From the human T2T-CHM13v2.0 reference genome, Homo sapiens: 64,000 nt of DNA. This document shows, in pieces, positions 15,802-29,989 of the stretch. The DNA lies in NCBI RefSeq assembly GCF_009914755.1, contig NC_060934.1. The stretch is one strand, 5' to 3'. The position numbers and the translations under genes are program-made. The number at the start of each line of letters is the position of its first letter. Position 1 is the first letter of the stretch. The notes beneath the pieces are model-generated. The model made no database searches and was not told where the DNA came from. It worked only from the letters and a program-made list of their open reading frames with translations.

Positions 15802-16345
15802 CAAGCCCACTCTTAGCATTTGCAAGGTTCATGCAAGAATGCAAATAGAGCCCTGAACACCATTTGTCTAAATATTTAAAAGTTCTAAATCAAACTAACC
15901 AAATTTTATGCTAAACATGTATTAGATCCCTATTGTCAAAAAACATGGATCTTTATAACATATGGAAAGCCAGTATAAATGTCAATTACTTGAGCTCCAG
16001 TAAGTTCCTTGTGGGAACTTAGTGGTAGAAACATAAAAGGACCTAAGCTTCCCTTTCCAAAAGCCTCTTTTCTTTTACTACCCCAGGCTCAGACTTACAA
16101 AGAAAGGATCTAGGTGCATCCCAGCTTGCCCAGTTCAACTTCCATCCATCACCGCAGCGAAAAGCTACTACTTATCTACCTGCCCAGCCCAGGGGTGTGC
16201 ACACCATTCGATCAAGACCTTTGGGCAGGTAACTCCGGATTTCTGGGTACACTGAACATGCCTGGGGCTGGGGGAAAGGAGAACAGGCCTCTCTAAAATA
16301 CGGGACCTAGAACGGAAGACTCTCTTTCCTTGGCCTAGGTTAGGT
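15802..16345 (+). mobile_element. MER115-like hAT-Tip100 non-autonomous element
   Basis: agcatttgca...caaatagagccc...tgtctaaatatttaaaagttctaaatcaa...aggggtgtgcacacc...tttgggcaggtaactccgg...ctctaaaatacgggacctag. Confidence 0.65.
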
Positions 16346-16977
16346 TTTAAGCAAATGTCCCACAAAAGACGTCAATAGTGATGACATAAATATAAGTTTG
16401 GAAAATACGTAAGAAGGAAAACGAAGGATTCAGAAGAAAAAGATGGAGGAGGTTCTGAGAAAGACCAGCATGAGCAAAGGCACAGAGATGGAAAAGAATA
16501 TACTTTGCCTTGAAAGAGTTAACACAACAAGCACCGCAGGAAATCTGCCCTCCCCACACCAGACTTGGTGCACAGTCAATGCACTGCAGCCTCTAGAGGG
16601 AGGTGGAGTCAAGAACTCAGATCCTATGAATAGCTGCATCCCTGGCCTACGCAGCACTCCTATCCTTTTCCCAGCTTCTTCCCCCCAGCCTCTGCACCCC
16701 CCAAAAATGTCAGGAGCCTTCTCTTCAGGACTTCCTAGCTCTCTGGGCAGTGTTTTTAGTGAGATGAATCCATCTCCCCAGCCCCCACCCTGCCAGTTGT
16801 CACTGGTATTTCCCTCAACCCTCACTCAGTAGCATTACTTGGGAAAAAATACTACTGTAGGGGTTCAACTGTCTTATAGGTCTAGAGAATGCTACCTTTA
16901 CCTCTTTTCAACGTTTGCTTCTTTGTCCTTTGTAGGTAAGAAAACAGCTTTATGTTACAGCATTAAGAGTCTTTTCT

Positions 16978-17291
16978 GGCCAGGCACGGTGGCTCATTCC
17001 TGTAATCCAGCACTTGGGAGACTGAGGCGGGCGGATCACGAGGTCAGGAGATCAAAACCATCCTGGCTAACACGGTGAAACCCAGTGTCTACTAAAAATA
17101 CAAAAAAAAAAAAAAAAAAAAAAAATTACCCGGGCGTGGTGGCGGGTGCCTGTAGTCCCAGCTACTCGGGAGTCTGAGGCAGGAGAATGGCGTAAACCCA
17201 GGAGGTGGAGCGAGTAGTGAGCCAATATAGTGCCACTGCACTTCAGCCTGGGCGACAGAGTGAGACTCCATCTCAAAAAGAAAAAAAAAAA
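16978..17291 (+). mobile_element. AluY with expanded central A-tract
   Basis: AluY diagnostics; A24 linker at 17102-17125; TSD aagagtcttttct / aaaagtcttcttct. Confidence 0.95.
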
Positions 17292-18198
17292 GTCTTCTTC
17301 TGTGTGTTGAGAATGTTATGGTCAGGAGAAGGCAGAGCCTAGAGACATCTTAAAGATTAGTGAGTCAATACTTTCAGTAATGCCCCTTATGACTCACACC
17401 TTCTTTAAAAAAGGCGGGGTGGGGGGCTTTGGGGAAAACTCATACAGAAGTCATCTTATCAATGCGCAAAAGGAAATTCAGTAACCAAAAGCAAGTTTTA
17501 TTAAGTGTTCAGGTAAAAGTGAGCATTATTGGAAGGAACTGTACAAATGAAGTGATCACTATCTTCATAAAAAGAAAAAAAGAATGGAGCTGTTCCAGTG
17601 TAGAAAAGATTAAATATTTAATTTTAAGATAACCTCATATTGTTCATGGATAAGTCTGCTCCTGTCCTCTTTTCTGGGATTAGCCATAACGAAAAGTCTT
17701 CTATTTAAACATATGACTTCCCCTCTGCCAGAATAATTTTATGCTTATTAAAATTTCTGATCATAAGTAATTGCCAGAAACTTCTTACTCTCACTTAGAC
17801 CTTATTTCTCTAGCTTCTCATCTGCTCTGGCCCTTCATGTTTGGCAGAATGATCAGCTTTTTTGATTCACAATCCTGCGTTTCTACCCTTGCCTTAGGAC
17901 TAGAAGATACATAACAATATAAGTAAGTGTGGCTCAATCTCACTTCAGGTGTAGGCAGAAGGAGGGAGAGATATTCATAGGTCTATTTGGAAAATGAAGG
18001 CATAGCAGCCTTCAACTCTAGACATCTTGGTTCTAAGGATCCTAATAAGCTGATTCAGAGATTTTACATATATATATATGGGATTCAAGTTCCCAAGGAC
18101 ATGATATGTAGACATAAATGGTTTTGGGGTCCAAGGTCAGAATGAAAAGCAGGAAAAGGGGCAGGTTATAAAAGAAATGGACCAGGCATATAGGATAG

Positions 18199-18482
18199 TA
18201 CTAAGATTTGAATGTGTCCCCCAAAGTTCATGTGTTAGAAACTTAGTTCCCCATGCAACAGTGTTGAGAAGTGGAATGTTTAAGAAGTGACTAGGTCATG
18301 AGGGCTTTGCTCTCATTAATGGATTAATGTCATTGTCCTGAGAGTGGGTTTTTTACAGAAGCAAGTTCAGCCATCTCTTGATCTCTTTTACCCTCTCTCA
18401 ATCTCTTGCCTTCCACAGTATAATGATGCCGCAAGCTGATACTCACCTGAGTGGACTCCTTGATACTGAATTTCCCAGTTCA
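18199..18482 (+). mobile_element. Partial MSTC-like MaLR LTR
   Basis: tttgaatgtgtcccccaaagttcatgtgtt...aggtcatgagggct...ctcattaatggattaatg. Confidence 0.75.
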
Positions 18483-18574
18483 GAGTCTTCTGGGCTTATA
18501 ACTCCAAAAAAGTTTCACTGGCTATGGATGAGATGGGTTGCTAAAATGTGGCTAAGCTTGGTTCTCTTTAGAGC

Positions 18575-18918
18575 AGCGATCACAAACCCAAATGCCTAAT
18601 AAGGACAGATATATAAATGAATGAAGCAGATTCTGGGTAAGAGCATTATGAACACAGTGAGTAATTGGTGAAAACTGGCAAAATGAAGAGTATTCACATT
18701 GTCTAGTGAGAACAGCTGCTACTCAGTTGCAGGCAATTATTGCCATTTGAAAATAAGGCCCAGTGTTGTCATCTAAAGATTTATGAGGAGCTGAATATCT
18801 AAACTTTCAGGTGAAATCTCTTACTAAAAATGTGGACAGGAATTTACAAAGGAAAAACCATACTCTACTGGAAATAATAAAGCAAAGTCTGGTTGCAGAC
18901 TATAAGTTTGAGATATCT
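18575..18918 (+). mobile_element. MER102-like hAT element
   Basis: cacaaacccaaatgccta...aaatgaatgaagcag...cagctgctactcag...ggcccagtgttg...gtgaaatctc. Confidence 0.7.
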
Positions 18919-19856
18919 ATTTAGGTTTTAAGAAAATCTGAGTTGGCAAGTCAAACTCTAACCCTATCAGGAAATCTCTGAGCATTGGCCTAATAAAAGC
19001 TCGACAATGTTAAAAGTTATTAAACTCTGTTATTTCCCGCCTCTCCACTGTTTTCTATATAGACAGGATTTTCTTAAGCTTATTTCTGGCCTCTAACTAT
19101 ACCATTACTCACTTTGTCCCAAAGGGTAGTGAAGGGTAGTGAAGTGACACTTGGTTAGTGAGTATGGGAGCAAGAACTTAGTATGCCTAGCACTCCTCTT
19201 CCTTTCTTCCTCTTGAAGTAAACTACTCCTCAGGCAAAGGGACCTGCCACTGTTCTGCCAGGTACTTTATTACTTAGAAAATTGCTGCCCCAGACCTGAG
19301 TGGCTTGGTTTCAGTGATTGAATAGTTTGCCCAATTTAGGGATTGTGTTTGAGTGAGCAGACATGCTCAGTGTATGTGAAATAACATTCTGCAGCCTGAG
19401 CATTCTATGAGTTATAATTTAGCTTCCATATGTTACTCCATTCTATTTTTCAAATGAAGTCTTATGGGAAAAAGGGCTGCTATTTATCAGTTGCCTCTGA
19501 AGAACTTTAACAAATATGTGATCATTTTATTTTACCATCAACTAGTGTGCTGTTTTAAAGTCTGCTAAAATATCATAAAGCTTATTTTGAAAATATCGAT
19601 CTTGTCCAATTTTTATTTATACATACAAAATCTAGAAGTCAATATCACTGATTTACATAAGGTTGCCCAGAAGTTACTGTCAAGACTATGGTAAAAAGTA
19701 AGATGAATTTCTTGTTTTGGGACTTGGAAGTTGTCACTCTCATTCTTACAACAAGAAAATAATCGAACAATTTGAAAAGGAACAACTCTTCTTAAATCTA
19801 TCTAATAATTGCTGTCACAGGGCAAGCTGCCACCATAAAAACCGGAGAGAAGGGCA

Positions 19857-20230
19857 ATCAACTTAATGATTTGACAACTTCACAACTTTGCAAACCATCA
19901 CAATTTGACATACTTCGAATTTTGAATTCTGATCTTTGCCTGGCCTAGGACTATGTGGTACATAAGATATTTGACACTTTTTTCTTATATATATATAAAT
20001 ATATACATATATTTGCTCTTTATATATACATATATATGTATATATATATAAAATAGGCTTTGTATTAGGTGATTTTACCTAACTATAGGCTAGTGTGAGT
20101 GTTCTGAGTACACTTAAGGTGAACAAGGCTAAGTTCTGTAGGTCTGGTGTATTAAATGCATTTTCAATTTACAAGATTTATGATGGGTTTATCAGAATGT
20201 AACCCTATTGTATGTCAAGGAAAATTTCTA
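19857..20230 (-). mobile_element. MER47 (Tigger5-derived) MITE with internal AT-rich microsatellite
   Basis: tacttcgaattttgaattctgatcttt...aaaataggctttgtattagg...ggtgtattaaatgcattttc...gatgggtttatcag. Confidence 0.8.
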
Positions 20231-21130
20231 CTGTGTATCACAGTACTTTCATGAATCTTAACCTTCAGGAGCCTAAATAGATTCTTATGGAGAAGATGAG
20301 AAAAAAGTATCCCTTCCTGTTTCCAGCAGAAGGAAGGGAAAAGTAGCCATTTTGAAATGCACTCAGAGCTTTCTGTCCTCCTTAACAAAAGCGTGTCCTC
20401 AAGGGAAGCTCTTTTGTCACACCCTAATTGACTTTATTTTTACCAGAGCAAGGTCATTTAATAGAGAAAGCATTGACTTCCCAACAAATGGAACTGAAAC
20501 AAATACACATCCAATAAAATTTTTTAAAAAAGGAATCTTGATAGTTTTTACAAAAATTAACAAGATAACTTATAGACTTAAATGTAAAATGAAAAACCAT
20601 AAAAATCTAGAAGATAGCATAGGAGAAAATCTGTGTTGGGTGTAGAGTCTTAAACATAAGACCAAACCGTCATGAAATTAAAAAAAAAAGGCATAACTCA
20701 AAGATAGTGCAGGTTTGGTTCCAAACTGCCACAATAAAGTAAACATTACAATGAAGTGAGCCATGCAAGCTTTTTGGTTCTTTCCCAGTGCATATTAAAG
20801 TTATGTTAACACTACGCTGTAATCTATTAAGTATGTAACAGCCTTATGTTTTAAAAAGTACAAAGCTTCATTAGAAAATAATTTATTGCCAAAAATAATT
20901 GCTAATAATCACCTGAGCTTTCAGCAAATTGTAATCTTTTTACTGGTGGAGGATCTTGCCTCCATGTTGACAGCTGCTGACTGATCAGGGTAGAGGTTGC
21001 TGAAGGCTGGGTGGTTGTGAAAATTTCTTAACATAAGCCAGCAGTGGAGTTTGGCATATCATTTGACTCTTCCTTTAACAAAAGATTTATCTGTAGCATG
21101 CAATGCTGTTTGGTAGCGTTTTACCCATAG

Positions 21131-21857
21131 TGTAGCTGCCCAACAGGTTCACCTTGCCTGCTGCCTAGACAGAGTCAATTTATCAAAACAGGAGAGTTGC
21201 AACAACAAAAAGAAAATAATTCATGCAGAGCCAGCTGTAAGGAAAACTGGAGTTTTATTATTACTCAAATCAGTCTCCCTGAAAATTCGGGAATTAGAGT
21301 TTTTAAAGATAATTTCGTGGGTAGGAGGCCAGTGAATCTGAAGTGCTGATTGGTTGGGTTGGAGAAGAAATCACAGGGAGTCAAAACTGTCCTCTTGCGC
21401 TGAGTCAGTTTCTCTATGGGGGCCAAAAATCCAGATGAACAAGTTTATCGATCTGAGTAGTGCCAGCTGATCCATCAAGTGCAGGGTCTGCAAATATCTT
21501 AAGTTCTTAGGTTTTACAATAGAGATGTTGTCTGCAGGAGCAATTTCAGAGGGTCAGAATCTTGTAGCCTCCAGCTGCATAATTCCTAAACCATATTTCT
21601 ACTCTTGTGGCTAATTTGATAGTCCTGCAAAGCCAGTCCAGTCCCGAGGCAGGAAGTGGGTTTGTTTTGGAACAGGGCTGTTACCAACTTTGTTTCAAAG
21701 CTAAACTATAAACTAAGTTCCTCTCAAAGTTAGTTTGGCCTACACCCACCAATGAACAAGGATAGCTCGGTGGTTAGAAGCAAGATGAAGTCAATTAGGT
21801 CAGATCCCTTTCACTGTAAATAACTTTCGCAGTTATGATTTTGCAATGGCAGTTTCA
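21131..21857 (-). mobile_element. LTR8/LTR8A ERV1 solo LTR inside Tigger1
   Basis: tgtagctgcccaacaggttcaccttgcctgctgcctagacagag...ttttgcaatggcagtttca; 4-bp TSD atag/ataa. Confidence 0.88.
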
Positions 21858-22324
21858 ATAATAGAACTTGCTATACTGGAGTCAATCTTTTCAAGCCCTA
21901 CCACTGCTTTATCAACTAAGCTTAGAAAATATTCTAAATTCTTTGTTGTCATTTCAGCAATGTTCACAGTATCTTAACCAGGAATAGATCCCATTTCAGA
22001 AACAACTTTCTTTGCCAATCCATAAGAAGCAACTGCTCACCCATTCAACTTTCATCATGAGATTGTAGCAATTCAGTCACATCTTCAGGCTCCATCTACA
22101 ATTCTGCAGTTACTTTCTTCACTGAAGTCTTGAACTCCTCAAAGTTACCCATGAGGGTTTAAATCAACTTCTTCTAAACTGCTGTCGATGTTAATATTTT
22201 GACCTTCTCCCATGAATCGCAAGTGTTCTTAATGGTGTCTAGAGTGGTGAATCCCTTTCAAAAGGTTTTCAATTTATTTTGCCCAAATCCATCAGAGGAA
22301 TCACTATCTATAGCAGCTATAGTC

Positions 22325-23196
<872 letters not shown>

Positions 23197-26100
23197 AGTC
23201 TTACAAAAGGTATTTATTAAATACAAATACTTGAAAGTCTAAATGACTCCTTGATCCATGGGTTGCAGAATAGATGTTATATGAGGAGCATAAAAACAAC
23301 AAAACAACAACATTAATCTTCCTTTTTATCTCCATTAGGCTTCTTGCATGACCAGGTGAATTGTCAATGAGCAGTAATATTTTGAAAGGATTTTTTTAAT
23401 AGTAACTCTCAATAGTGGGCTTAAAATCTTTAGTAAACCATGCTGTCAACAGATGTGTTGTGACCTAGGATTTGTTTTTCCATTTATAGAGCACAGGCAG
23501 AGTAGACTTGACATAATTCTCGACAGCCCTAGGATTTCCAGAATGGAAAATTAGCATTGGCTTCAACTTAAGTCCCCAGCTTTACTAGCCCTTAACAAGA
23601 GAGTCAGCCTATCTGTTGAAGCTTTGAAAAAATGCATTGACTTCTCCTCTCTAGCTATGAATGTTCTAGATGGCATCTTCTTCCAATAGAAGGCTATTTC
23701 ATCTATAATGAAAATCTGTTGTTTAGTTGTTTATGTTATCTAGCCAGGTCTTCTGGATAACTTCCTACAACTTCTACATCAGTACTTGCTCCTTTACATT
23801 GCACTTTTATGTTATGTAGTGACTTCTTTCCTTGAAACTTACAAACCAATCTCTGCTAGCTTCAAACTTTTCTTCTGCAGCTTCCTCACCATTATCAGCC
23901 TTCACAAAATTGGGGAGAGTTAGGGCCTTGCTCTGGGTTGGGCTTTGGCCTAATAAGGGAATGTTGTGATTGGTTTGATCTTCTATTCAGACTACTAAAA
24001 TTTTCTCCATATCAGCAATAAAGCTCTTTCTCTTTCTTATCATTCCTGTGTTACTGAAGTAGCACTTTTAATTTCCTTCAAGGACTTTTCTTTTGCATTC
24101 ATAAGTTGGCTGTTTGGCACGCAAGGCCCATCTTTCAACCTATCTCAGCTTTTCACATGTTTTTCTCACTAAACTTAATCACTTCTAGATTCTGATTTAA
24201 AGTGAGAGACGTGTGACTCTCCCTTTAACTTGAACATTTAGAAACCACTGTAGGGTTATTAATTGATGGAATTTTAATATTATTGTGTCTTGGTTAATAG
24301 GGAGGTCCAGGCAGGGGCTGAGACAGCCAGTCAGTAAAGCAGTCTGAATGTACAGAACATTTATTATTTGTTTGCTGTTTTATATAAGTGCAGTTCATAG
24401 TACCCCAGAAGAATTACAATAGCAACATTGATAAGCACTGATCACACATCACTATAACACATATAGTAACAATGAAAATGTTTGCTATATTGGGAAAATT
24501 GCCAAAATGTCACACAGAGACACAAGCGAGCACATGCTGTTGGAAAAATAGCATTGATAGACTTGCTCAATGCAGGGTTGTCACAAACTTTCAATTTCTA
24601 AAAAGCTGATATGTCAAGGGCAATAAAGCAAAGCCCAATTAAATGAGGCAGGTCTGTTTTGATAAATTGAACTTCATTAAAATTAAAAACTTCTGCTCTG
24701 AAAAGACATTTTTAGGAAAATGTAAAGACAAGCCATGTGTTTTGCAAAAATCAAAATATTTGTAAAAACACATACCATAATATATAAAAAACTCTTAAGA
24801 CCCAACAATAAAAAATAAAACCCAATTCAAAAAGCGAGCCAAAAATCTAAAAAGACACCTCACCAAAGAAAACATACAGAGGCACAAGCAAGCTTATGAA
24901 AAAGTTTTCTATATTATATGTCATTAGGAAATTGCAAATTCCCTAATTTCCACTATTTCGTTTACTAACCTCAATGACATACCCATGAAACAGTCCCAGT
25001 TGTTGGGTTTGTTTTTCTATGTTGAGGGGTAGGAGACATACAGCCATAGCTCTCAATTAATTGGGCTACTCCCTTCCTTCATGATTTAATTATTCTAGAA
25101 TGCTTGAAAAGGTTACATTGCAGAACCCTGTGACTGCTCTCCACAGATTAGAATCCTGAATAATAGTATAGTTTATTAACGTGGTTAGCTTACACTGTGT
25201 ATCTACCATACATGATTCAACAAATACGTGTCAGCTCTGAAATACACTTGAAATATATTATGCAACCATATATACATCCTCTAATTACCCAATGAAGTAA
25301 ATAATGAGACATTATCACTACATAAAAACAAAACCTTCACAAATGAATGTTTGAGAACACTCAAAAATATTTACCAATACTTATCTTAAAATACAGTTGA
25401 AATTTGCATTTTTATGTGAATATTAAATTGAGATAGATAAAATCTGAATTTCCAATTCTTAAAGTAATTCAGGCATTTCTAGTTCTTAATATCTCATTGA
25501 CAGAGTGAATAGGATTATATTTTCACATATCTGTTATTGAAAGAGCCTGTTGCACAGAAATATAGATTTTTCAGTTTGGGGAAATTACTAAATTTTTTAG
25601 TATCTTCCTTTTCTTTAATTATTTCTTCTTTTTCATAAATCCAATATTGAATATATAGAGATATTGGTATTTTACTTGTGGGCACAAGGAAATTGCAAAA
25701 TAAAAATTCTACTTAGACAATTTTCTATAACAACATCATCTTTCAAATGATAAGAATAAATAAAGCAACACATAATAAGAATTCTTAGCATCTTCTGTTT
25801 ATATGAATATGAAGAAATCTGCCTATTTTGGACTCCTATGTGAATGTGAACATTCACAAGCCCATGTTTGTATGTGTGCTGGGTTAGATGAGGATCAAGG
25901 AGATTTGGAATGCAAAGCAGACTAGCATTAATATGAACACAAGAAATTACTTACTAAAATTTCAGTGATACCATCATCTATTTACACAAAGGCAAATGCA
26001 TAGTTTTGGTTGGTTTGATATTAATAATACAAAATAAAAATGAACATTGAAATGTCAGTGCTTGAAGTTTAAATCACTAAGGTCTTTTGGAGAGAGTTTA

Positions 26101-28169
26101 GTAGTGTTTTAAAATACACACACACCACACACACAAATACACACATATACACACCTAAATTGTGTTAGAAAATATTGTATATTAAAATGTAAATAGTGGA
26201 CACTCTTCTATTGTAGTATACATACTACAATATGTATGTATACTTCTACATCTAATGTATACATACATTGTATATTCATTTTATACTCAATTTGCTAAAT
26301 TAAGTAGAGTATACAAATTCATTATGTTTTAATTAGTGTAGCTTTTATAGTACATAGTTCAGTGAAAGCCACAAAATAAAGAGAAGTTTCAAAGTCCTTA
26401 GATTCCAGAAGTAAGTAGTTAAAAACCATGGGAATTTACTGAATAGCATCTAGCCATGATAATTCCTGATGAGCACACACAAATAATCAAGAATGACCAT
26501 TAAATGTATGGATACCTTTAAAGCTAAACTCTGGGGAATGTATGCCTTCATAACTTACCAATATCCTCCATTGTTAACTGAGGTATGCTTAAGGACCTAT
26601 GGCTGGCACTTACCAAAATAGAGAAATAGAAAAACAGAAGTGAAAGGTTTATGAACCATATACTTTTGCCATGTAAAGAATTATAGTCTATTTCATAGTT
26701 TTCACAGCCATTAACTAATTCTAGTGTTACTCTGATTAAATTCAGCAAATAATACTTAAGCACACCATGGTAATCTCTGTGAAGAAATGAAAACTAGTGG
26801 TTCTTGACTTCGAGATGTTTTCACTGTAAAGAAGGATGAGTTAGGCTATAATGGCAAAATCATACTACTTACCAACCATGAACGAATCTAGTATGGTGTA
26901 TATAGATAGTTATATACATGCTTAGAGGTCGACTTTGTGTGGTTAACTTAGTATTACTTTTGAAAGAGCAAAATATGACATTATGGGTAGGTTAATAAAG
27001 CAGATATTTAGAATGACAATAAAGCAATATTTTAAGAATTTTTGGAGGAATAAATAAGAAAAAGAATGAATGACATAATTTTTCTAGTTTACTATCTTCA
27101 TGAAGAGATAAAATATCTGTAGGAAGTGTCATGAACACAATTGATAAGTAATGTACTCCAAGAATACAATGAGAATGTACAAAAATAATCTGTAAAGCAT
27201 TAAGACAGGTTGAGCAAGATTGTCATTTGAGTCCTGTGGAAAGAAAATCAGACTGGTATTTTTTTCTAAATGCTTTTCAAAATAACAATGGAAAAACAAT
27301 TAAAAACTCCAAGCCTTGCTCAATGCCACATTATGCAGATAGAATAGGATACTCTCAATTTTCTTGAATTTATGCATGAAACAGTTTTTTATCTTTACAT
27401 AGAAAACAATGACTTGTCTGTGCAATTTTTCTTGCTTTGATATTCTAAAACATGAATATTCTTTATTAATTAAAAAGGTGTCCATGGTTGCAGATGAGTT
27501 CCCTATAAAATATCTCTTGCTAACCAGTAACCAAGAAAACAGAATGCTTCATATGATTTTGAACGTGAACCTATCTCAGCAATCCTATTACAAAATCCAA
27601 TTATGCTTGTCTCTGCCTTTATGTTTCTTTCGAATGTTTTTAACGTACTTTTTCATCTCCACCTCAGGCAGTCAGGGCTCCTTTTCATTTCGCCTTCCTC
27701 AAAAACTTCTATACTTGAACCTCACAAATCCTGGAATTTCAAAAACTAAAAGGTATTTCCCAATTAATTCATTAACAGAACATGTTGAAGGTATAACAAC
27801 TTTTGCTTACTCTGAACAGAATGGAGGAGTTAATACATTTCTTCCATCTGAAAAGAAATTGTAAAGATCTAAACTTTCTTTGAATATCTACTTGCTCTCA
27901 AATAATTTGGTCAGTTGTCTTACTTTAACTTGAAAACTATATTCTTAAAAAACGTACGTACACAATTCTAAAAAAAGTTTTAGTCTCAGTTAGAAAAGTC
28001 ATATGTAAATAATTAGAGACAGTAACTAATTATTAATGTCTTTTTAAAAAATGTTTATGTATATATAATTTCATCTGTTCTAAAAATAATTAGGCAAAGC
28101 AATCATGTTAGAAGACACTTCGCTCTGATAAACTGTTGAGATGTTAAAATCAGGAGAAATTGGTAGAAT

Positions 28170-28375
28170 TACAGAAACTACAGTTTGGAAGTAACCTCAG
28201 AGGGCATCTCATTTAACTGGCTGCCTCATGGATTGATGCCTTCAGAAAGGTTTAGGAGTAGTGACTGTGCAGTTTCTGCTTCAGTACTTCCAGAGAAAGA
28301 ACACTCACTCTTAATACAACCAGGCTTTTCAGTTTCTGGAGAGCACAGTTAGAAATCTCTTTCTATTCTTCAGAT
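28170..28375 (-). mobile_element. L3/CR1 3' remnant
   Basis: ttggaagtaacctcagagggcatct...cagtttctgcttcagtacttccag...ctcact...gttagaaatctcttt. Confidence 0.55.
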
Positions 28376-29989
28376 CAAGGTCTACTTTATAACTTAAACA
28401 GTAGAACTCCCATATATTTTTGTAAACAACTTTACATTTCATAGCTTAAAGTTGAAATAAAAATGTGCATCCGTGGCCCTAACTAGGATAAAGTAATATT
28501 CAAAACCAAGAGTGGCATCTGACATTGTTCACTTTTGAGACTGAGTTTTGTTTTTGTTTTTTTAAATCAGGCAATATGGTAATCTGTTAGCCTAAGAATA
28601 TCTATACTTACATGTTCAAACTATAGAATAATTATTTCTTATAATGACTGCCTAGTAGACTAGAACAACTAGGGGGCATGTGGAAAGTTAAGAAAAATCA
28701 TATTACTTGAGGAATATATGGCTATATTAGTGTGTGTGTTTGCATGTGTGTGTGTGTCTATATAAATGCTTGTAACTGTGTGGATGTGTCTGTGCAGATT
28801 TTATGTTGTCTATAGATGTGTCTGTGTGCATGATGAATAAGAAAGGAGTAGAAAGTAAAGATTTATTGTTAGCTCTGACTTCTTCCTTGCATATCATTTA
28901 AACTTAACAGCAAATAACACTGGAGAGAACACATTTGACTGTTATACCTGCATACTTGAATCATCTGTGTTCTTACTTGAATATGGGACAAATAGATATT
29001 TATAAACAGCTTCAGGTGAATTGTATATTATGTTGAATATGTATATTAGATAAAATCCAAAGATTTTTCTGATGTCATGTTGTGTGTTTGTTGGGATGTG
29101 TGGGGTTTTTGTGTGGGGGTGGATAACAATCATTTCTGTTTGGGGAGCCATGCAATTTGACCACATGTAGCCAAGTTAAAGATTGGGACTCCCAGCCCAA
29201 ACTAAAAATTATGGGTTTTTTTGTATAGAAGAAGTAAAAGATTTTGCCTCCAAAATGTTAAGAGAAAATGAATAGATTTTGCAAGCACATACTATTACCT
29301 TCTGAATATCATATTTTGAATATTTTAAAAATTTGGAATTGAATTTTAAATATCATTTATACATTTGAAATCTATGTTTTCTAGATACCCAGAAGGTAAA
29401 ACCAAAGGATTCATAAAAATATATTGGCAATTTTACTAATTAGAAGTTCTATACACAAATAAGTGAAACCAAAGATATGAGGCTTTTTAAAAATCATTAT
29501 TATTATAAGAGCATAGATTTGGTTGTCTTTGTTCTATTTTCTGTGCTAAAATTGCCAGCCATCTTGAATATGGCATCTATTATATAATTTATATAATTTG
29601 AATATGCCAAATAGTAAATGGTCAATTTTATTTTATAAAAAAAAGCAATTATTGAATTTTATGTTTTCCATTGTCTAAATATATGCTATTGTTTGCCATA
29701 CAAGTTTAGAAACGTTAAAAAGACAGTTATAAGAAATTAAATCTTTAAATAATTACAGGCTTTGGAGTTTTTTTCTTTCCTTTGTGTTCTTTTCTATAGC
29801 TTTTAAAGTTTCTTGGATAGAGGACCCCCTATTTACTTCTCTTGGCTTTGATATTTTTTGGACTCATTGCACTTAGAGCATACTCTCTGATACATTGCGG
29901 TTTACTTAAAAAAAATTCTAATCTGGTGCTCCACACCTTCCTATAACTAACTAGACATTTAGCCTTATAATTTACATAGGTTAAGATAT

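Noticed and set aside
27409-27864. 151-aa plus-strand ORF, the longest outside repeats
   Set aside because: No recognisable domain, composition typical of AT-rich non-coding DNA, and the splice signals here point to the minus strand.
27580-29009. Superficial likeness of reconstructed peptides to cytokine C-termini (FRGRR as in interferon gamma) or an IQ motif
   Set aside because: Only a few residues match and they depend on repairing stops; no supportable homology.
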